Under the pieces are notes generated by a model. That model made no database searches, had not been told where the DNA came from, and saw only the letters and a list, made by a program, of their open reading frames with translations. From the IMG/VR virus record IMGVR_UViG_3300025066_000007: 64,000 nucleotides of DNA; one strand, given 5' to 3'. Made by a program: the position numbers and the translations under genes. Position 1 is the first letter of the stretch, and each line of letters opens with the position of its first letter. Positions 18,438-28,262 of this stretch are shown here, piece by piece. Origin of the DNA: a virus. Taxonomy: Duplodnaviria; Caudoviricetes.

Positions 18438-18899
18438 TCATTTTAAGTCTTCAATTTTCTTTTCAAGCTTTTTTAATTCAGACTGAAGCTTATCACGCTT
18501 TTTCTCGGCATCGCTTAACAGTTGCGGAGCAACTGCCAGCTTCCACTTCTGCATTTTAACCTCATAATCCTTTAACTTTTCTTCATAAGAAGACATATTC
18601 TTCAAATACTCTTTCAGTTTGGCTTCATAAATTTGATTATCTTTTTCAAGATTAGGATTTTGAATGTCATAGACTATGAACATTGAAGCTCCGGAACATC
18701 CTTCATAATCATATGAAGCCTCATGATCAATCACTAGAAATATTTGCGACAAAGGAACCCCATCTGGAAGAACATCTTCTAGGGAATAGCTCTCTCGATC
18801 CTGAACCCACTCAGTTATCATAATGTGCTTTTCAAGCACTTCCTTTGGCCTGGGCGGAGCACTTGGCTTTCTCGGTTTTTTTGGCTTCTTGGGATTCAT
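18438..18899 (-). CDS. Hypothetical protein with Pro/Lys-rich N-terminus and coiled coil
   Basis: Track ORF 18438..18914; ATG at 18899. Confidence 0.6.
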   Translation of the reverse strand: MNPKKPKKPRKPSAPPRPKEVLEKHIMITEWVQDRESYSLEDVLPDGVPLSQIFLVIDHEASYDYEGCSGASMFIVYDIQNPNLEKDNQIYEAKLKEYLKNMSSYEEKLKDYEVKMQKWKLAVAPQLLSDAEKKRDKLQSELKKLEKKIEDLK

Positions 18900-18900
18900 C

Positions 18901-19467
18901 TTACAGAATCTCATCTATGACGCCAAGAAGCAAAGCCTCTTCCGCAGTCATAAACCAATCGAATTTATTCTTCATAACCTTCTTTAGCTTCTTCTTGGTA
19001 ATCTTTGTTCTATTTAAAGTTATTTCTTCAATCTTATGCTGAAGTCGCTTGCTTTCCTTGACTTTTTCTTCCATGCCTTTTATCGTTCCGTAAAAGCCTG
19101 TAGAAACCTGATGATATAGCGGAGTTGATTGAGAATAGCCAAAGCGCTTATGTCCAGATATCAAAATCATAAAGCCACAAGACATAGCTGCGCCGGTCAC
19201 AATCGTATGAATCGGGGTCCTACTTTTCTCCATGACACCCAAGAGGCCAAGACACTGATAGACTGCCCCGCCATAAGAGTCAATGTAAATCTTAATAGGA
19301 TTTAGCTTATATTTGATATTATGAATCTTATATGTCTTCTTGAGAAAAACATCATGCTCATTAATCATGACAATATTTTTCGTAAGATCATTCATCGTTT
19401 TTTGAGTAACCTGATCTGGAAGATAAAGATTTCTCTGCTTTGGGGCCGGAATTACCGTGTTGTCCAT
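18901..19467 (-). CDS. clpP: ClpP-family protease
   Basis: YIDSYGG, GAAMSCG (Ser), LYHQ (His), DWFMTAEEALLLGVIDEI (Asp). Confidence 0.85.
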   Translation of the reverse strand: MDNTVIPAPKQRNLYLPDQVTQKTMNDLTKNIVMINEHDVFLKKTYKIHNIKYKLNPIKIYIDSYGGAVYQCLGLLGVMEKSRTPIHTIVTGAAMSCGFMILISGHKRFGYSQSTPLYHQVSTGFYGTIKGMEEKVKESKRLQHKIEEITLNRTKITKKKLKKVMKNKFDWFMTAEEALLLGVIDEIL

Positions 19468-19495
19468 TTAATTTTTCCTAAAATTTATCAATATT

Positions 19496-19819
19496 TTAAT
19501 CACGCTCACAAACTTCTGCAAGCCGCACTTCCTCTGGAGTAAGAATCTTCTCCTTTAGAATAAAATGTTTGACCCACTTTACACGGCCTACATAAAAGGG
19601 CGTAATTTCGCTTATATATTTCATATAAGCTTCTACCGCCTGAAACATCGGGAACACACCAACGTGTCCGCTCTCACATGAGGCCACAATAGCCGGCGTC
19701 TTCCGCAACCCATTCGGACCCTCCTGATAGGCAATCTCCCTGCTGTTAGTCATAACTGATGGATTTATAGGAATTCCACACGTTTTACACAAAAAACTTT
19801 TATAGCTTAATCGTGACAT
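19496..19819 (-). CDS. Hypothetical protein
   Basis: 107 aa ORF with CKTC. Confidence 0.55.
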   Translation of the reverse strand: MSRLSYKSFLCKTCGIPINPSVMTNSREIAYQEGPNGLRKTPAIVASCESGHVGVFPMFQAVEAYMKYISEITPFYVGRVKWVKHFILKEKILTPEEVRLAEVCERD

Positions 19820-20510
19820 CTTTTGTCCTTATAATCCTGGGCTCCGCATAAGCTCTTTTAGAAGGGGTGATTATAAGCCCTTCACCAAGGCCGCCTAATA
19901 CAACCGGCCCCATAGCCTCCGGAGGGTGATCACACCCATTAGGAGTCTCAATTCCAAGAAAGAAATAAATATTCTTTTTAAGCCCAATGTATTTCTTGAA
20001 GAAATTCGTCCAGACGTCTTTTCTCGAAATCAACTCCTCAATTATAGGAGCAGTCCCGACTTTGTCTGGAAGATCATCGGTCAGAATATAGTATTCTTTT
20101 CCATTAATCACTTTGTTCTTCCCTGGATAAGAGCGGTATGTTATTGGATGCCTCTCATACCGGCCTCTCTTAAAGCGGACAAGGACTCTTCCATGCTCTT
20201 TCGAGTCAAGCAGAAATGACTCAAGCTTATTTTTCATCATATACTTCTCGACTTCATCAGAAACTCTCTTCCCCTCTTGCGTTATCAGGTCTTTCTCGTC
20301 AAGCATTTGTTTTAAAGTTAAAATAACTCGCTCTATAGAGAAACCAAGGAGACTCTTCATATCTTTTTTCTTCCATTTTTTAAGATATGGTTTTTTAATA
20401 TATGAATTAGCAAGAAGCCTCTGCTTCTTATCAAGTAGTATGGGAGTCTCCGCTAACTTCGAAACAAAGTCTAACTCATCATAGTCAATTCTGTATTCTG
20501 TAGACGCCAT
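19800..20510 (-). CDS. Hypothetical protein
   Basis: 236 aa basic ORF, TAATG coupling. Confidence 0.6.
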   Translation of the reverse strand: MASTEYRIDYDELDFVSKLAETPILLDKKQRLLANSYIKKPYLKKWKKKDMKSLLGFSIERVILTLKQMLDEKDLITQEGKRVSDEVEKYMMKNKLESFLLDSKEHGRVLVRFKRGRYERHPITYRSYPGKNKVINGKEYYILTDDLPDKVGTAPIIEELISRKDVWTNFFKKYIGLKKNIYFFLGIETPNGCDHPPEAMGPVVLGGLGEGLIITPSKRAYAEPRIIRTKDVTIKL

Positions 20511-20794
20511 TATTTCCCTGCTTTCTTATCTCCGTAACTATCTTTGAGCCACTCTTGAACAGTCGGGCCTGCCTCATACTCCCTGACTCCATCTTCATTC
20601 TTTCTTCCGCTGCCGATGCGAACAAAGCCACACTCTTTGCACGCGGACGCGAGTGAGTCTGGAATATGAAACCACTTTACAGTCTTGCTGCAACGATTGC
20701 AGTGATCGCCCAAGACCTTTTGGCCGTCAAATTCGTGCCTGCTGCTCACTGCTCTAAGCCTTTTCTGGCAGCATTCCAGCCGCCCGCATAGCAT
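20510..20794 (-). CDS. Hypothetical Cys-rich protein
   Basis: CNRC and CKEC pairs; start uncertain. Confidence 0.5.
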   Translation of the reverse strand: MLCGRLECCQKRLRAVSSRHEFDGQKVLGDHCNRCSKTVKWFHIPDSLASACKECGFVRIGSGRKNEDGVREYEAGPTVQEWLKDSYGDKKAGK

Positions 20795-21401
20795 CTATAG
20801 TAAGCGGAAAGCTTCCTTCCTCCTCAACTAACGCAAGCATTTTCTCTGCAATTTCCCTTATCTCTACTTGTGCGTGCTCATCATTTCTTAGATTTTGAAA
20901 GTGAGCGAACGACCTCCAATTAAACATAACATCAGAAGTTATCTGAATTCCATATGGGAGATAAAATCTGGCACTTTCTTTAGCTCTCTTTCTTGAGATT
21001 CCAGCCTTTTCCAGCCGTTTAATGCAAGAATGGTATCTTAAATATGACTCTTCCACATGAGCTCTCAAGGCGCACTGCTGACTTATCGGCCAATCGCTTG
21101 GAACGTAATATTTGTCCTCTGTAAACTCCTTATATCGGGAAGATTCTGCATTCAGCGAAACGCCAGAGCGATGCTTTAGAAGGTGGATGTGCGATGCAAT
21201 ATCCGTTGTAATCAAGAAGTGTAAACTAGACTTCTCGAAAGGAGTATGATGAAATTCTGTTGCAAGCATACGTAGTAGCTTATCAACCCTTCCTAGTTTC
21301 TTGGGCGTTAGCTCTCTGTTTGTACTTGTCCAAGCGGAGCAAGCATGGGTCAGGTCGTTTCCATAAACGCCAATTAATTCTACGCTATTTTCATGAGTCA
21401 T
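20754..21401 (-). CDS. thyX: FAD-dependent thymidylate synthase
   Basis: HHTPFE, HLLKHRSGVSLNAESSRYKE, ESARFYLP, NWRSFAHFQNLR...AQVEIR; ATG at 21401. Confidence 0.92.
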   Translation of the reverse strand: MTHENSVELIGVYGNDLTHACSAWTSTNRELTPKKLGRVDKLLRMLATEFHHTPFEKSSLHFLITTDIASHIHLLKHRSGVSLNAESSRYKEFTEDKYYVPSDWPISQQCALRAHVEESYLRYHSCIKRLEKAGISRKRAKESARFYLPYGIQITSDVMFNWRSFAHFQNLRNDEHAQVEIREIAEKMLALVEEEGSFPLTIDAMRAAGMLPEKA

Positions 21402-21534
21402 ACTAAACTTCCTTCCCCCGCGGGCGCCGGGCAAAATCTTCACATTAATTTATTCTAAATATTTGGCTAGGCAACCACCCACCTAACCGCGCCTTTCGGC
21501 CCGCCCGCTACAAGCGGGGTAACTTCATTTTTTA

Positions 21535-21741
21535 TCAAACCTCTAATGTCTCTGAGTAACTCGGCAGAGGGCCAAGTCTCCAGGGGGCCTTTCTAAGCGT
21601 CCTATATCCTGATGCTTTGTCTCTATATTCGATGGCTTCCTCTAACATTTCTGGAGGGAAAACTGCCATAATAACTACGGGATAATCTGGCGCTGTCGCA
21701 AAAACAAATAGCCAACAGTCCTTCATCACGTTCCCCGACAA
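21535..21741 (-). CDS. Hypothetical protein
   Basis: 68 aa ORF. Confidence 0.5.
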   Translation of the reverse strand: MSGNVMKDCWLFVFATAPDYPVVIMAVFPPEMLEEAIEYRDKASGYRTLRKAPWRLGPLPSYSETLEV

Positions 21742-22919
21742 ATAACAGTGAACTGCTTTTCTTGATCAAAGATTTCTACAGCCGCCTCAGAAACATCGGC
21801 CGGAGTAACCGCCTCTACTCCAGAGATATAGTCTTCAATAGAAGGAAGTCCGCTAAGCCTACGCTTAACCGCCCAATATGCCAGACTATAACTATCTTCC
21901 ATCGCAGAATAGAATGAAGACCTAATCTTGTTCTTGGCCCTCTGAACCTCTTCTGCACTTGGCATGTTCGCCTTAACTCTAGAAAGCTCTTTTCCGACAA
22001 TTTCTATTGCCGGAGTTATGTTCTCTTCCCTTGTTGAGAACTCTACCATAGAAGCTCCGCCTCCCTGAAAATCTGTTGTTCCAGCAGAAATAGAATACAC
22101 AAGACCACTCTTTTCCCTTACTTCTTCGAACAGCCTAGAGTCCATTCCTCGTCCTAAAATGGTTGTCAATACCATCATAGAACTGCGAAGTTCAGATCCA
22201 GTAGGCTTTGACGGCATTCCAAGCCAAACATATGCATGTTCAATGCCGCCCTTCTCTAGCTCTCCATATCGCTTGCCCATATAACCAGACTCTTTAAATT
22301 TATAGGGATTTCTCGTCTTGCCAGTGGCCCTTCCGAAGTATCGATTCAACAAGTTCTTCATATCCTTCTTCTTTAGATTGCTGCAGATAGAGACAATCGC
22401 GTCTTTTCTATTACAGAACTGAGAGTGAAAGCGCTTAATCTCATCTACAGAAAACTTAGAGATAGACTCCTGAGTTCCAATAACAGGAGTTGTTAGATAA
22501 TTGTCGAAAAAGCTTTCCGAAAACATATTCCACATATATGAGGATACACTATCCAGAGAAGAAATCTCCTCCTCTTTAACAACCTCAATCTCCCTCAGAA
22601 TCTCTTCCTCTGGAAAAATCGGATTAAAAACCATATCCGACAAAATCTCTACGCAAGGCTCTAGGTTCTCATAAGGGACCGTGATAAAATATACTACTGC
22701 CTCATGCGAGGTAAATGCGTTAGATGATCCTCCCAAAAACCCTATCTTCCTCTGAATCTCCGATGCCGTTCTTGTTGCCGTCCCCTTAAATAAAGAGTGC
22801 TCAAGCATATGGGCCATTCCAGAACTATACTTTCCTCTAGACTCAACTCGTGACCCTGCATTAAACGCAACCATAACAGTGGCTATGCGACTATGGGTTT
22901 TTGAAATCTCATGAATCAT
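21726..22919 (-). CDS. M16-family zinc peptidase
   Basis: Inverted zincin HMLEH, NAFTS, LGRGMDSRLFEEVREKSGLVY; GGAG RBS before ATG at 22919. Confidence 0.9.
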   Translation of the reverse strand: MIHEISKTHSRIATVMVAFNAGSRVESRGKYSSGMAHMLEHSLFKGTATRTASEIQRKIGFLGGSSNAFTSHEAVVYFITVPYENLEPCVEILSDMVFNPIFPEEEILREIEVVKEEEISSLDSVSSYMWNMFSESFFDNYLTTPVIGTQESISKFSVDEIKRFHSQFCNRKDAIVSICSNLKKKDMKNLLNRYFGRATGKTRNPYKFKESGYMGKRYGELEKGGIEHAYVWLGMPSKPTGSELRSSMMVLTTILGRGMDSRLFEEVREKSGLVYSISAGTTDFQGGGASMVEFSTREENITPAIEIVGKELSRVKANMPSAEEVQRAKNKIRSSFYSAMEDSYSLAYWAVKRRLSGLPSIEDYISGVEAVTPADVSEAAVEIFDQEKQFTVICRGT

Positions 22920-22929
22920 TAAATTCTCC

Positions 22930-22967
22930 AAAAAAAAGAGGACAAAGAGATACCCCTTTGCCCTCTT
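22930..22967 (-). terminator. Rho-independent terminator
   Basis: AAGAGGGCAAAG/CTTTGTCCTCTT stem followed by a U-tract on the minus strand, after the VWA gene. Confidence 0.65.
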
Positions 22968-23004
22968 CCTGAGCCAGAAGCTTGTTTCCGGCTTATTGTT
23001 TTCG

Positions 23005-24141
23005 CTACTTTTGTTCGATTACGACCTTTTTGCCGTAAGGAAAGTTTACACCCTCGTCCTGCTTACATACGGCCCATAGAACACGAGCCTTCGGCTTGTC
23101 TGGAAATGGAGCATAACCGTCTGTAAACACAGCAAGACCATCGTACTTCAGCTCATCAACCATCTGGATAACTGGAGCGAAGCAAGTTCCTCCACGTCCC
23201 TTGATAGCAATTGAGGACTTCTTCTTAGAAAAAGGCTGAGGCTTTCCGTATACCTGCGTATCAAACTGAATAAAATCAACCTCAACGTGATCAATCATTC
23301 CGTTTAATTCTGTCGCAAAGTATTCTAGCTGCTTATCAGAAACAGAGCCCGAAGTATCAAACGCTACGAGCAGACGGCTCGTATAGTTCCTCTTTGAGCC
23401 AGGAGAAGTAAAGCCATAACGTCGGTTAGGACGCATACGAGTGTTCCTTCGTCCCATCATTACAAGCTTGTTGATAAACCAGCGAACTTCCTTCTTCCAG
23501 TTAACTACAGGCTTATTGGCCGCGATAATTTGCGCGGCAATACCACCCGCAATATTCCCCCAGCCCTTCTTCTCCTGAGCCTTAATCGCCTTTTCGGCAA
23601 TACCCCTAATCTTTTCCTCGACAATATCATCATCGAAGTCTTCCCACATAGAGTGGTCGTCTAGAGTCTCGCCGTACTTTTCGCCAAGCCCTCCAAATCC
23701 ATCCTCATTTTCTTCAGCCTCTTTCTTCAGCTTTTCATAGTACCACTCTGCCGACTGATTTTCTTCAAGGCCGAAAGTCGCGGGATAAATCGCCCCGTCA
23801 GGAAGTCCTTCAATGTGACAGTTGATTGCCGCATCGGCAGCAAGGTTATATCCCTTCATGTTATACGCAAAATGTTTTGAGCGCGTCAGGTGATGAAGAA
23901 GAATGTGTAGCGCCTCATGCTTCAGCACTCCTCGAAGCTCCGTTGCAGAAAGCTTCGCAACGAAATCCGGGTTATAGTACAAAGCTAGGTCTACACGGCG
24001 AATTACTCCAACCGCCATAGTTGGCAGGTCCTTTCGTTCCTTCTTGTTCAAAAAGAGAAAGACCTCTCCATAAAGAGGCCGAAAAGCTACTAGCTTTGAA
24101 ATAGCTGAGTTTAGCTTATTTTTTACGTCTACGTTTGCCAT
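23005..24141 (-). CDS. VWA-domain protein with N-terminal HExxH metallopeptidase-like domain
   Basis: KHEALHILLHH, MIDAS DTSGSVS, GRGGT, VFTDGY. Confidence 0.85.
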   Translation of the reverse strand: MANVDVKNKLNSAISKLVAFRPLYGEVFLFLNKKERKDLPTMAVGVIRRVDLALYYNPDFVAKLSATELRGVLKHEALHILLHHLTRSKHFAYNMKGYNLAADAAINCHIEGLPDGAIYPATFGLEENQSAEWYYEKLKKEAEENEDGFGGLGEKYGETLDDHSMWEDFDDDIVEEKIRGIAEKAIKAQEKKGWGNIAGGIAAQIIAANKPVVNWKKEVRWFINKLVMMGRRNTRMRPNRRYGFTSPGSKRNYTSRLLVAFDTSGSVSDKQLEYFATELNGMIDHVEVDFIQFDTQVYGKPQPFSKKKSSIAIKGRGGTCFAPVIQMVDELKYDGLAVFTDGYAPFPDKPKARVLWAVCKQDEGVNFPYGKKVVIEQK

Positions 24142-24208
24142 ATGTTCTCCATTAAGTAGATGTTTCAGGCACCAGATAACCCCGTGCCTGCCTGCGGGCT
24201 AAAGCAAA

Positions 24209-25285
24209 TTAGTTTGAGAGATAAATCTGCTTTAGATGCTCGCGGAAGTCCTCGTCGGACTGCCATTCCATTACGATCTTCTTAGTCTTCTTTCCACCCA
24301 GCATAGAAACCCATGCCTGTGAAGCTACATCATTTGGTAGCATCAGGAAGAAAGAGCGCAGATTAGACCGCTGCTTTTCCTTCATCTTAGTGAGGCTTCG
24401 GCTGTTAACCTCCGCAACAACGGACCTTGACAGAGCGGCGATAACCTCAATGTCATTGCAGGCAGACTCAACCTTCGACTTGACCTTCTCGAAGGTATCA
24501 ATGACTTCTTCCGGTCGAAGATGCGAAAACTCATTCGTTAGAAACTTCTGGAACATAACGGCGATTTCTCGACCGAGCCATCCCTTCGTAACCTGAGTGA
24601 GCATTCCGTCCTCAGCCCTAGAGTCAAGCCCCATATGAGTTAGCGTGTCACTGAACGCAACCCAACTTCGACGTGAAGGATAAATTCGGCCAGCCTCCAG
24701 GTTTCCAACCGGAGGGTCAAGAAGGTTCTGGTTACGGTTAACGAACTCTACTACAGCCTTATGAACCCCGTTGTCCCGTGCCCAATCCATCCACTCTACA
24801 GCAGAGGGATCAAAGTCAATGTGGAACCAGCGGTCATTGAGCGCCGGGTCAAGTTCCACAACGTCGTAATCATCGTCCGAGTTGACAGCCGAAACTACTC
24901 GCCAACCATCGGGCAGCTTTTCACCATCAAGGCGGCGGTCGAGACAAATCTCGAAAACAGCTTGAAGAACATCTTTTGATGCGCGGTTAAGCTCGTCAAA
25001 GAAAAGAATTCCCTTTGAAGTCTGAGCACGCGGCCACCACTCTTGCTTTAGAAAGCGAATGATATCCTTATCGATATCCTTATGAGGCATTCCCTTGATA
25101 TCACCAACTTCGCACTGAGAAAGCCTTACGTCCCAAAAGCCGTACTCCTCTCCTGACTCTGCCGATAGTTCTTCGGCAACTTGTCGTACTACAGAAGACT
25201 TGCCTACTCCATGCTTCGCGTGAAGCATGATAGACTTATCATTGGGCATGTTCTTAAGAATCTCTTTGGTCTGACTAATGTTCAC
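24209..25285 (-). CDS. MoxR-type AAA+ ATPase
   Basis: HAKHGVGKS, LFFDELNR, DPALNDRW, SRRSW; AAGGAG RBS before GTG at 25285. Confidence 0.85.
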   Translation of the reverse strand: MNISQTKEILKNMPNDKSIMLHAKHGVGKSSVVRQVAEELSAESGEEYGFWDVRLSQCEVGDIKGMPHKDIDKDIIRFLKQEWWPRAQTSKGILFFDELNRASKDVLQAVFEICLDRRLDGEKLPDGWRVVSAVNSDDDYDVVELDPALNDRWFHIDFDPSAVEWMDWARDNGVHKAVVEFVNRNQNLLDPPVGNLEAGRIYPSRRSWVAFSDTLTHMGLDSRAEDGMLTQVTKGWLGREIAVMFQKFLTNEFSHLRPEEVIDTFEKVKSKVESACNDIEVIAALSRSVVAEVNSRSLTKMKEKQRSNLRSFFLMLPNDVASQAWVSMLGGKKTKKIVMEWQSDEDFREHLKQIYLSN

Positions 25286-25435
25286 AGTATATCTCCTTAC
25301 AGCTTGTACAAATTCGCGGAGGATTCCACGCCCCAATATAGTGAGGACAGAGCGATATTTCCAATATCTTTTGCTGCGTATTTTCAATCTTTAAACAAAT
25401 TTTTGAAGCACCCGAGGGCTCATCCCTCACGCCCT

Positions 25436-25470
25436 GATATAGTGCAGGGCAGATTTATATTACGTTTTTT
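25436..25470 (-). promoter_or_regulatory. Conserved promoter-like motif, copy 1
   Basis: AAAAAA CGTAATAT N8 CCTGCACTATATC upstream of the MoxR/VWA genes. Confidence 0.65.
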
Positions 25471-25801
25471 GCAAGCCCTCCTTTGTTGGAGCACTATCCT
25501 CAGATACATCTAGGATTGCCTGCTTGGCAACCTCTAGTCTGTCCCGAAAGCCTTGTAGAACTCCGGAAAGCTCACTCAAAGAGTGAGCAGCAGAGCCCTC
25601 ATTAGAAGGCTCAATTTGAGCCCCTGAGCCAAGAAGAGAGGATACTAAACCTCCCAAATCAAACGACTCCAATACTCCGTCCTTCTCTCCCATTATATCA
25701 GACGCAAAGCTTGTAGCTTCTTCAAATCGCTCTTCTATAGAGGAAAGTCTTTGCTCTATCCCCTCAAGCCTCTCAACAACTAATTCTTCAAATTCTGTCA
25801 T
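25460..25801 (-). CDS. Hypothetical protein
   Basis: Track ORF 25460..25873; ATG at 25801 (MTEFEELVV). Confidence 0.6.
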   Translation of the reverse strand: MTEFEELVVERLEGIEQRLSSIEERFEEATSFASDIMGEKDGVLESFDLGGLVSSLLGSGAQIEPSNEGSAAHSLSELSGVLQGFRDRLEVAKQAILDVSEDSAPTKEGLQKT

Positions 25802-25814
25802 GTCTCTCTCCAAT

Positions 25815-26441
25815 CTACTCTGTCTTCTTCTTGATATAAGCCTCAAATCTCTTCGCAAAAGCCTCTGAGTCATTTCCGTAATGATGGGATAAGCATTGCC
25901 TATCCCACATATAATGGGCCATTTCGTGTGCTAAAGATAAGTAGTTCTGCCTAGGAGACAAGTCAGTTAACAATATAGATGAATTAGCCTTAATCTCTGG
26001 AGTCGTATCATAAAAGGCATATACAATACCTCCGCCCCATCCTATTGAACGAAAGTATGCCGCAAACCTATCTTCAGATAGCATCTTATCTTTATCTATA
26101 ATAAAGATATTTAAATTAAATCCATATCTGCAATCAGCCGTGCTTCCTACTGTTTCTGTTACAAACATCCTATAGAAAAAGACTATTCCCTCCATGGCCT
26201 CGTGAATGTCTCCCGGAGGATATGCCACAAGGAGCCTGCTTTTTGAGGAGTGCGGATAAGCCTGATATGAAACGGTATACGGCAAAGCCTCTCCGGCTAC
26301 AGAAACAGACTTAGACACAATATGTTCTGTCGCTATATCTCCTATAAACTTTGATTTATAGGGCTCTGCGCTAGCCGGAGAAACACTTAGAGCAAGAAGT
26401 ATACTAGCGCCTATTAAAGTTCTTATCACTTCTCTTTCCAC
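25815..26441 (-). CDS. Putative exported zincin-like protein
   Basis: Signal-peptide-like N-terminus (LLALSVSPASA); LAHEMAHY...EAFA. Confidence 0.6.
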   Translation of the reverse strand: MEREVIRTLIGASILLALSVSPASAEPYKSKFIGDIATEHIVSKSVSVAGEALPYTVSYQAYPHSSKSRLLVAYPPGDIHEAMEGIVFFYRMFVTETVGSTADCRYGFNLNIFIIDKDKMLSEDRFAAYFRSIGWGGGIVYAFYDTTPEIKANSSILLTDLSPRQNYLSLAHEMAHYMWDRQCLSHHYGNDSEAFAKRFEAYIKKKTE

Positions 26442-26619
26442 TTCTTGCTCTTCCGATAACTTCCACTCTAAGGTTAGGATTCAGCTTTAGATTTTCCACA
26501 TGGTCCAGGGGAACTCCAGAATGTTCAAAAACTGCGTTTGTATCCTTGTTAGTAACCTTAATATTTAGAAAAACTTCTCTTTCGGACCTCATACACATCC
26601 TCCTATTCGAGAGCCTCAA
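26404..26619 (-). CDS. Hypothetical protein
   Basis: 71 aa ORF. Confidence 0.45.
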   Translation of the reverse strand: MRLSNRRMCMRSEREVFLNIKVTNKDTNAVFEHSGVPLDHVENLKLNPNLRVEVIGRARSGKRSDKNFNRR

Positions 26620-27571
26620 GCGCTCTCTCCACCCTTCTTGTCAGCCAGGGACTATTAATTATCGATATAGCAGGCATAATCCATGGAAAGTTGTCCTTAG
26701 ATATACACTCTGCTAACCGGGAGATAACCTGTTCGTCAGGCGTATCTGCAAAGAGCATAATCATTCGCTCGGCATGAGCAATTTTATTTTCAAATTCTTC
26801 AGCACTATCCTCTTCCCTATCGCGAATAATTGCGTACCTCCAAGACCTAATACTCTGAGACAAGTGCTCTGCAACCAGCCTCTTGAGACTGACAGGAGAA
26901 GACTTTGCAATTGCCCTAATCAGATTGTCTGACAGAAGGTTTTTCTGTGCCGCCTTGAAAAGAATCTGTCGCTTAATATCGATAGCACCCGGGGCTCTCT
27001 TTACTTTAAAAAAGCAATAATCAAAAAACTTTGGATCTTCTGAGTTTTCCAGGCCAAGACTTCTAATGCTTATCGCCTCTGGGCTATCTCCTCCGAGATC
27101 TGCCCGCGAAAGTGCATCTAAATAATCATACCCCTTATCCACCAGAGGAATTAACGCAGCCTTTGCATCTAATTCCTCTTCTGTGAGGGAGGCTTTTTGC
27201 TTCAGATAAGAGTACATCTTTTCTAGCCAAGCGTAACAGCTCTCTGAGCTTAATAGATCACACCTGTGCCCTATGTTAAGAGATTGATTGACAATTAGAT
27301 GAAATAATCTCACTCTTTCATTAGGACAATTATCCCAAATATGCTGAATAGATTCATCTTTAATGATAGGATTGTTACTGTAATAGTATTGCGATTCATT
27401 AATTGCACATTTTACAGCATACTTATAAATCTCGTCATACGGCAATGGCATATCCTGGTTAGAACTGCCTTCATATTCATAACGAGCACTAAACCCTTCA
27501 AACATCTTATATCCTTTCTTGAGGAAAGCCCGGACAATAGCCCTAAGAAGCTTCCATTCTCTGTTGTACAA
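26603..27571 (-). CDS. Helical hypothetical protein (window paralog family)
   Basis: C-terminus resembles 35032..35886, 27543..28262 and 44859..45644; start likely MFEGFSAR. Confidence 0.6.
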   Translation of the reverse strand: MYNREWKLLRAIVRAFLKKGYKMFEGFSARYEYEGSSNQDMPLPYDEIYKYAVKCAINESQYYYSNNPIIKDESIQHIWDNCPNERVRLFHLIVNQSLNIGHRCDLLSSESCYAWLEKMYSYLKQKASLTEEELDAKAALIPLVDKGYDYLDALSRADLGGDSPEAISIRSLGLENSEDPKFFDYCFFKVKRAPGAIDIKRQILFKAAQKNLLSDNLIRAIAKSSPVSLKRLVAEHLSQSIRSWRYAIIRDREEDSAEEFENKIAHAERMIMLFADTPDEQVISRLAECISKDNFPWIMPAISIINSPWLTRRVERALEALE

Positions 27572-28262
27572 GCTTGGCGACCCACTTTGACTTTAGATTT
27601 CTATTTGCCAATACAAGTGGAAGAAAATCAAGAGGAACCTTCGTTACCATTATGGAAAACGGACGTTTAGCAATCTCCTTCATTATAATCTCACTTAGTT
27701 TCTCGTAACCAAATGGTGCAGCCTCTGCTCCCATGGCTCGAATCTCTGCCATCTTATCGGCAAGCATATCATCCAAACACTCTGCCGGCCCTAGCCTTTC
27801 AAAAACTGTTTTTCGAACAACTTTGTCCTTATCTTTCTTCAAAGATCGCAATACTTTTATAGAGCAGCCTTTAGCCGCAATTCTTCGCTCATTAATTGTC
27901 CCGGACTTTGCTAGCTTGTCAAGGACTTTTATATCCGAGTAAAAGCCATTAGACAAGCAGATCAGCCTAACAGGCTCTGGGCCTGTTAAGAGAGCGCTAT
28001 CTCCGATAGTAGGATACTTTTTTAGTAAGCTAAAAACGAAATCTTTAGCATAGTAGGAGCTCCACCTATGAGAGCCTAAGAGAGCATCATTATAATTCTT
28101 TTTAGAAGCCAGAAGATATCTCGCCTGCTCCTCCGAAGCTCCGCTCTTTAAGGAGTCTACCCTTGAGCGAAAGCTCTGCCAGTTGCCATAGGTGCTAAAT
28201 ACACTTTTTATCTCCTTTACAAATTCGCTATTACTATTACTATTGCTCACAGCATCTATCAC
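27543..28262 (-). CDS. HEAT-repeat-like hypothetical protein
   Basis: DKDKVVRKTV and DKMAEIRAMGA repeats. Confidence 0.6.
   Translation of the reverse strand: MIDAVSNSNSNSEFVKEIKSVFSTYGNWQSFRSRVDSLKSGASEEQARYLLASKKNYNDALLGSHRWSSYYAKDFVFSLLKKYPTIGDSALLTGPEPVRLICLSNGFYSDIKVLDKLAKSGTINERRIAAKGCSIKVLRSLKKDKDKVVRKTVFERLGPAECLDDMLADKMAEIRAMGAEAAPFGYEKLSEIIMKEIAKRPFSIMVTKVPLDFLPLVLANRNLKSKWVAKLVQQRMEAS

Noticed and set aside
21402-21534. ZTP (pfl) or THF riboswitch upstream of thyX
   Set aside because: The conserved cores (e.g. GACUGGCG / GGGAG / CGCCUGGG of ZTP) are absent.
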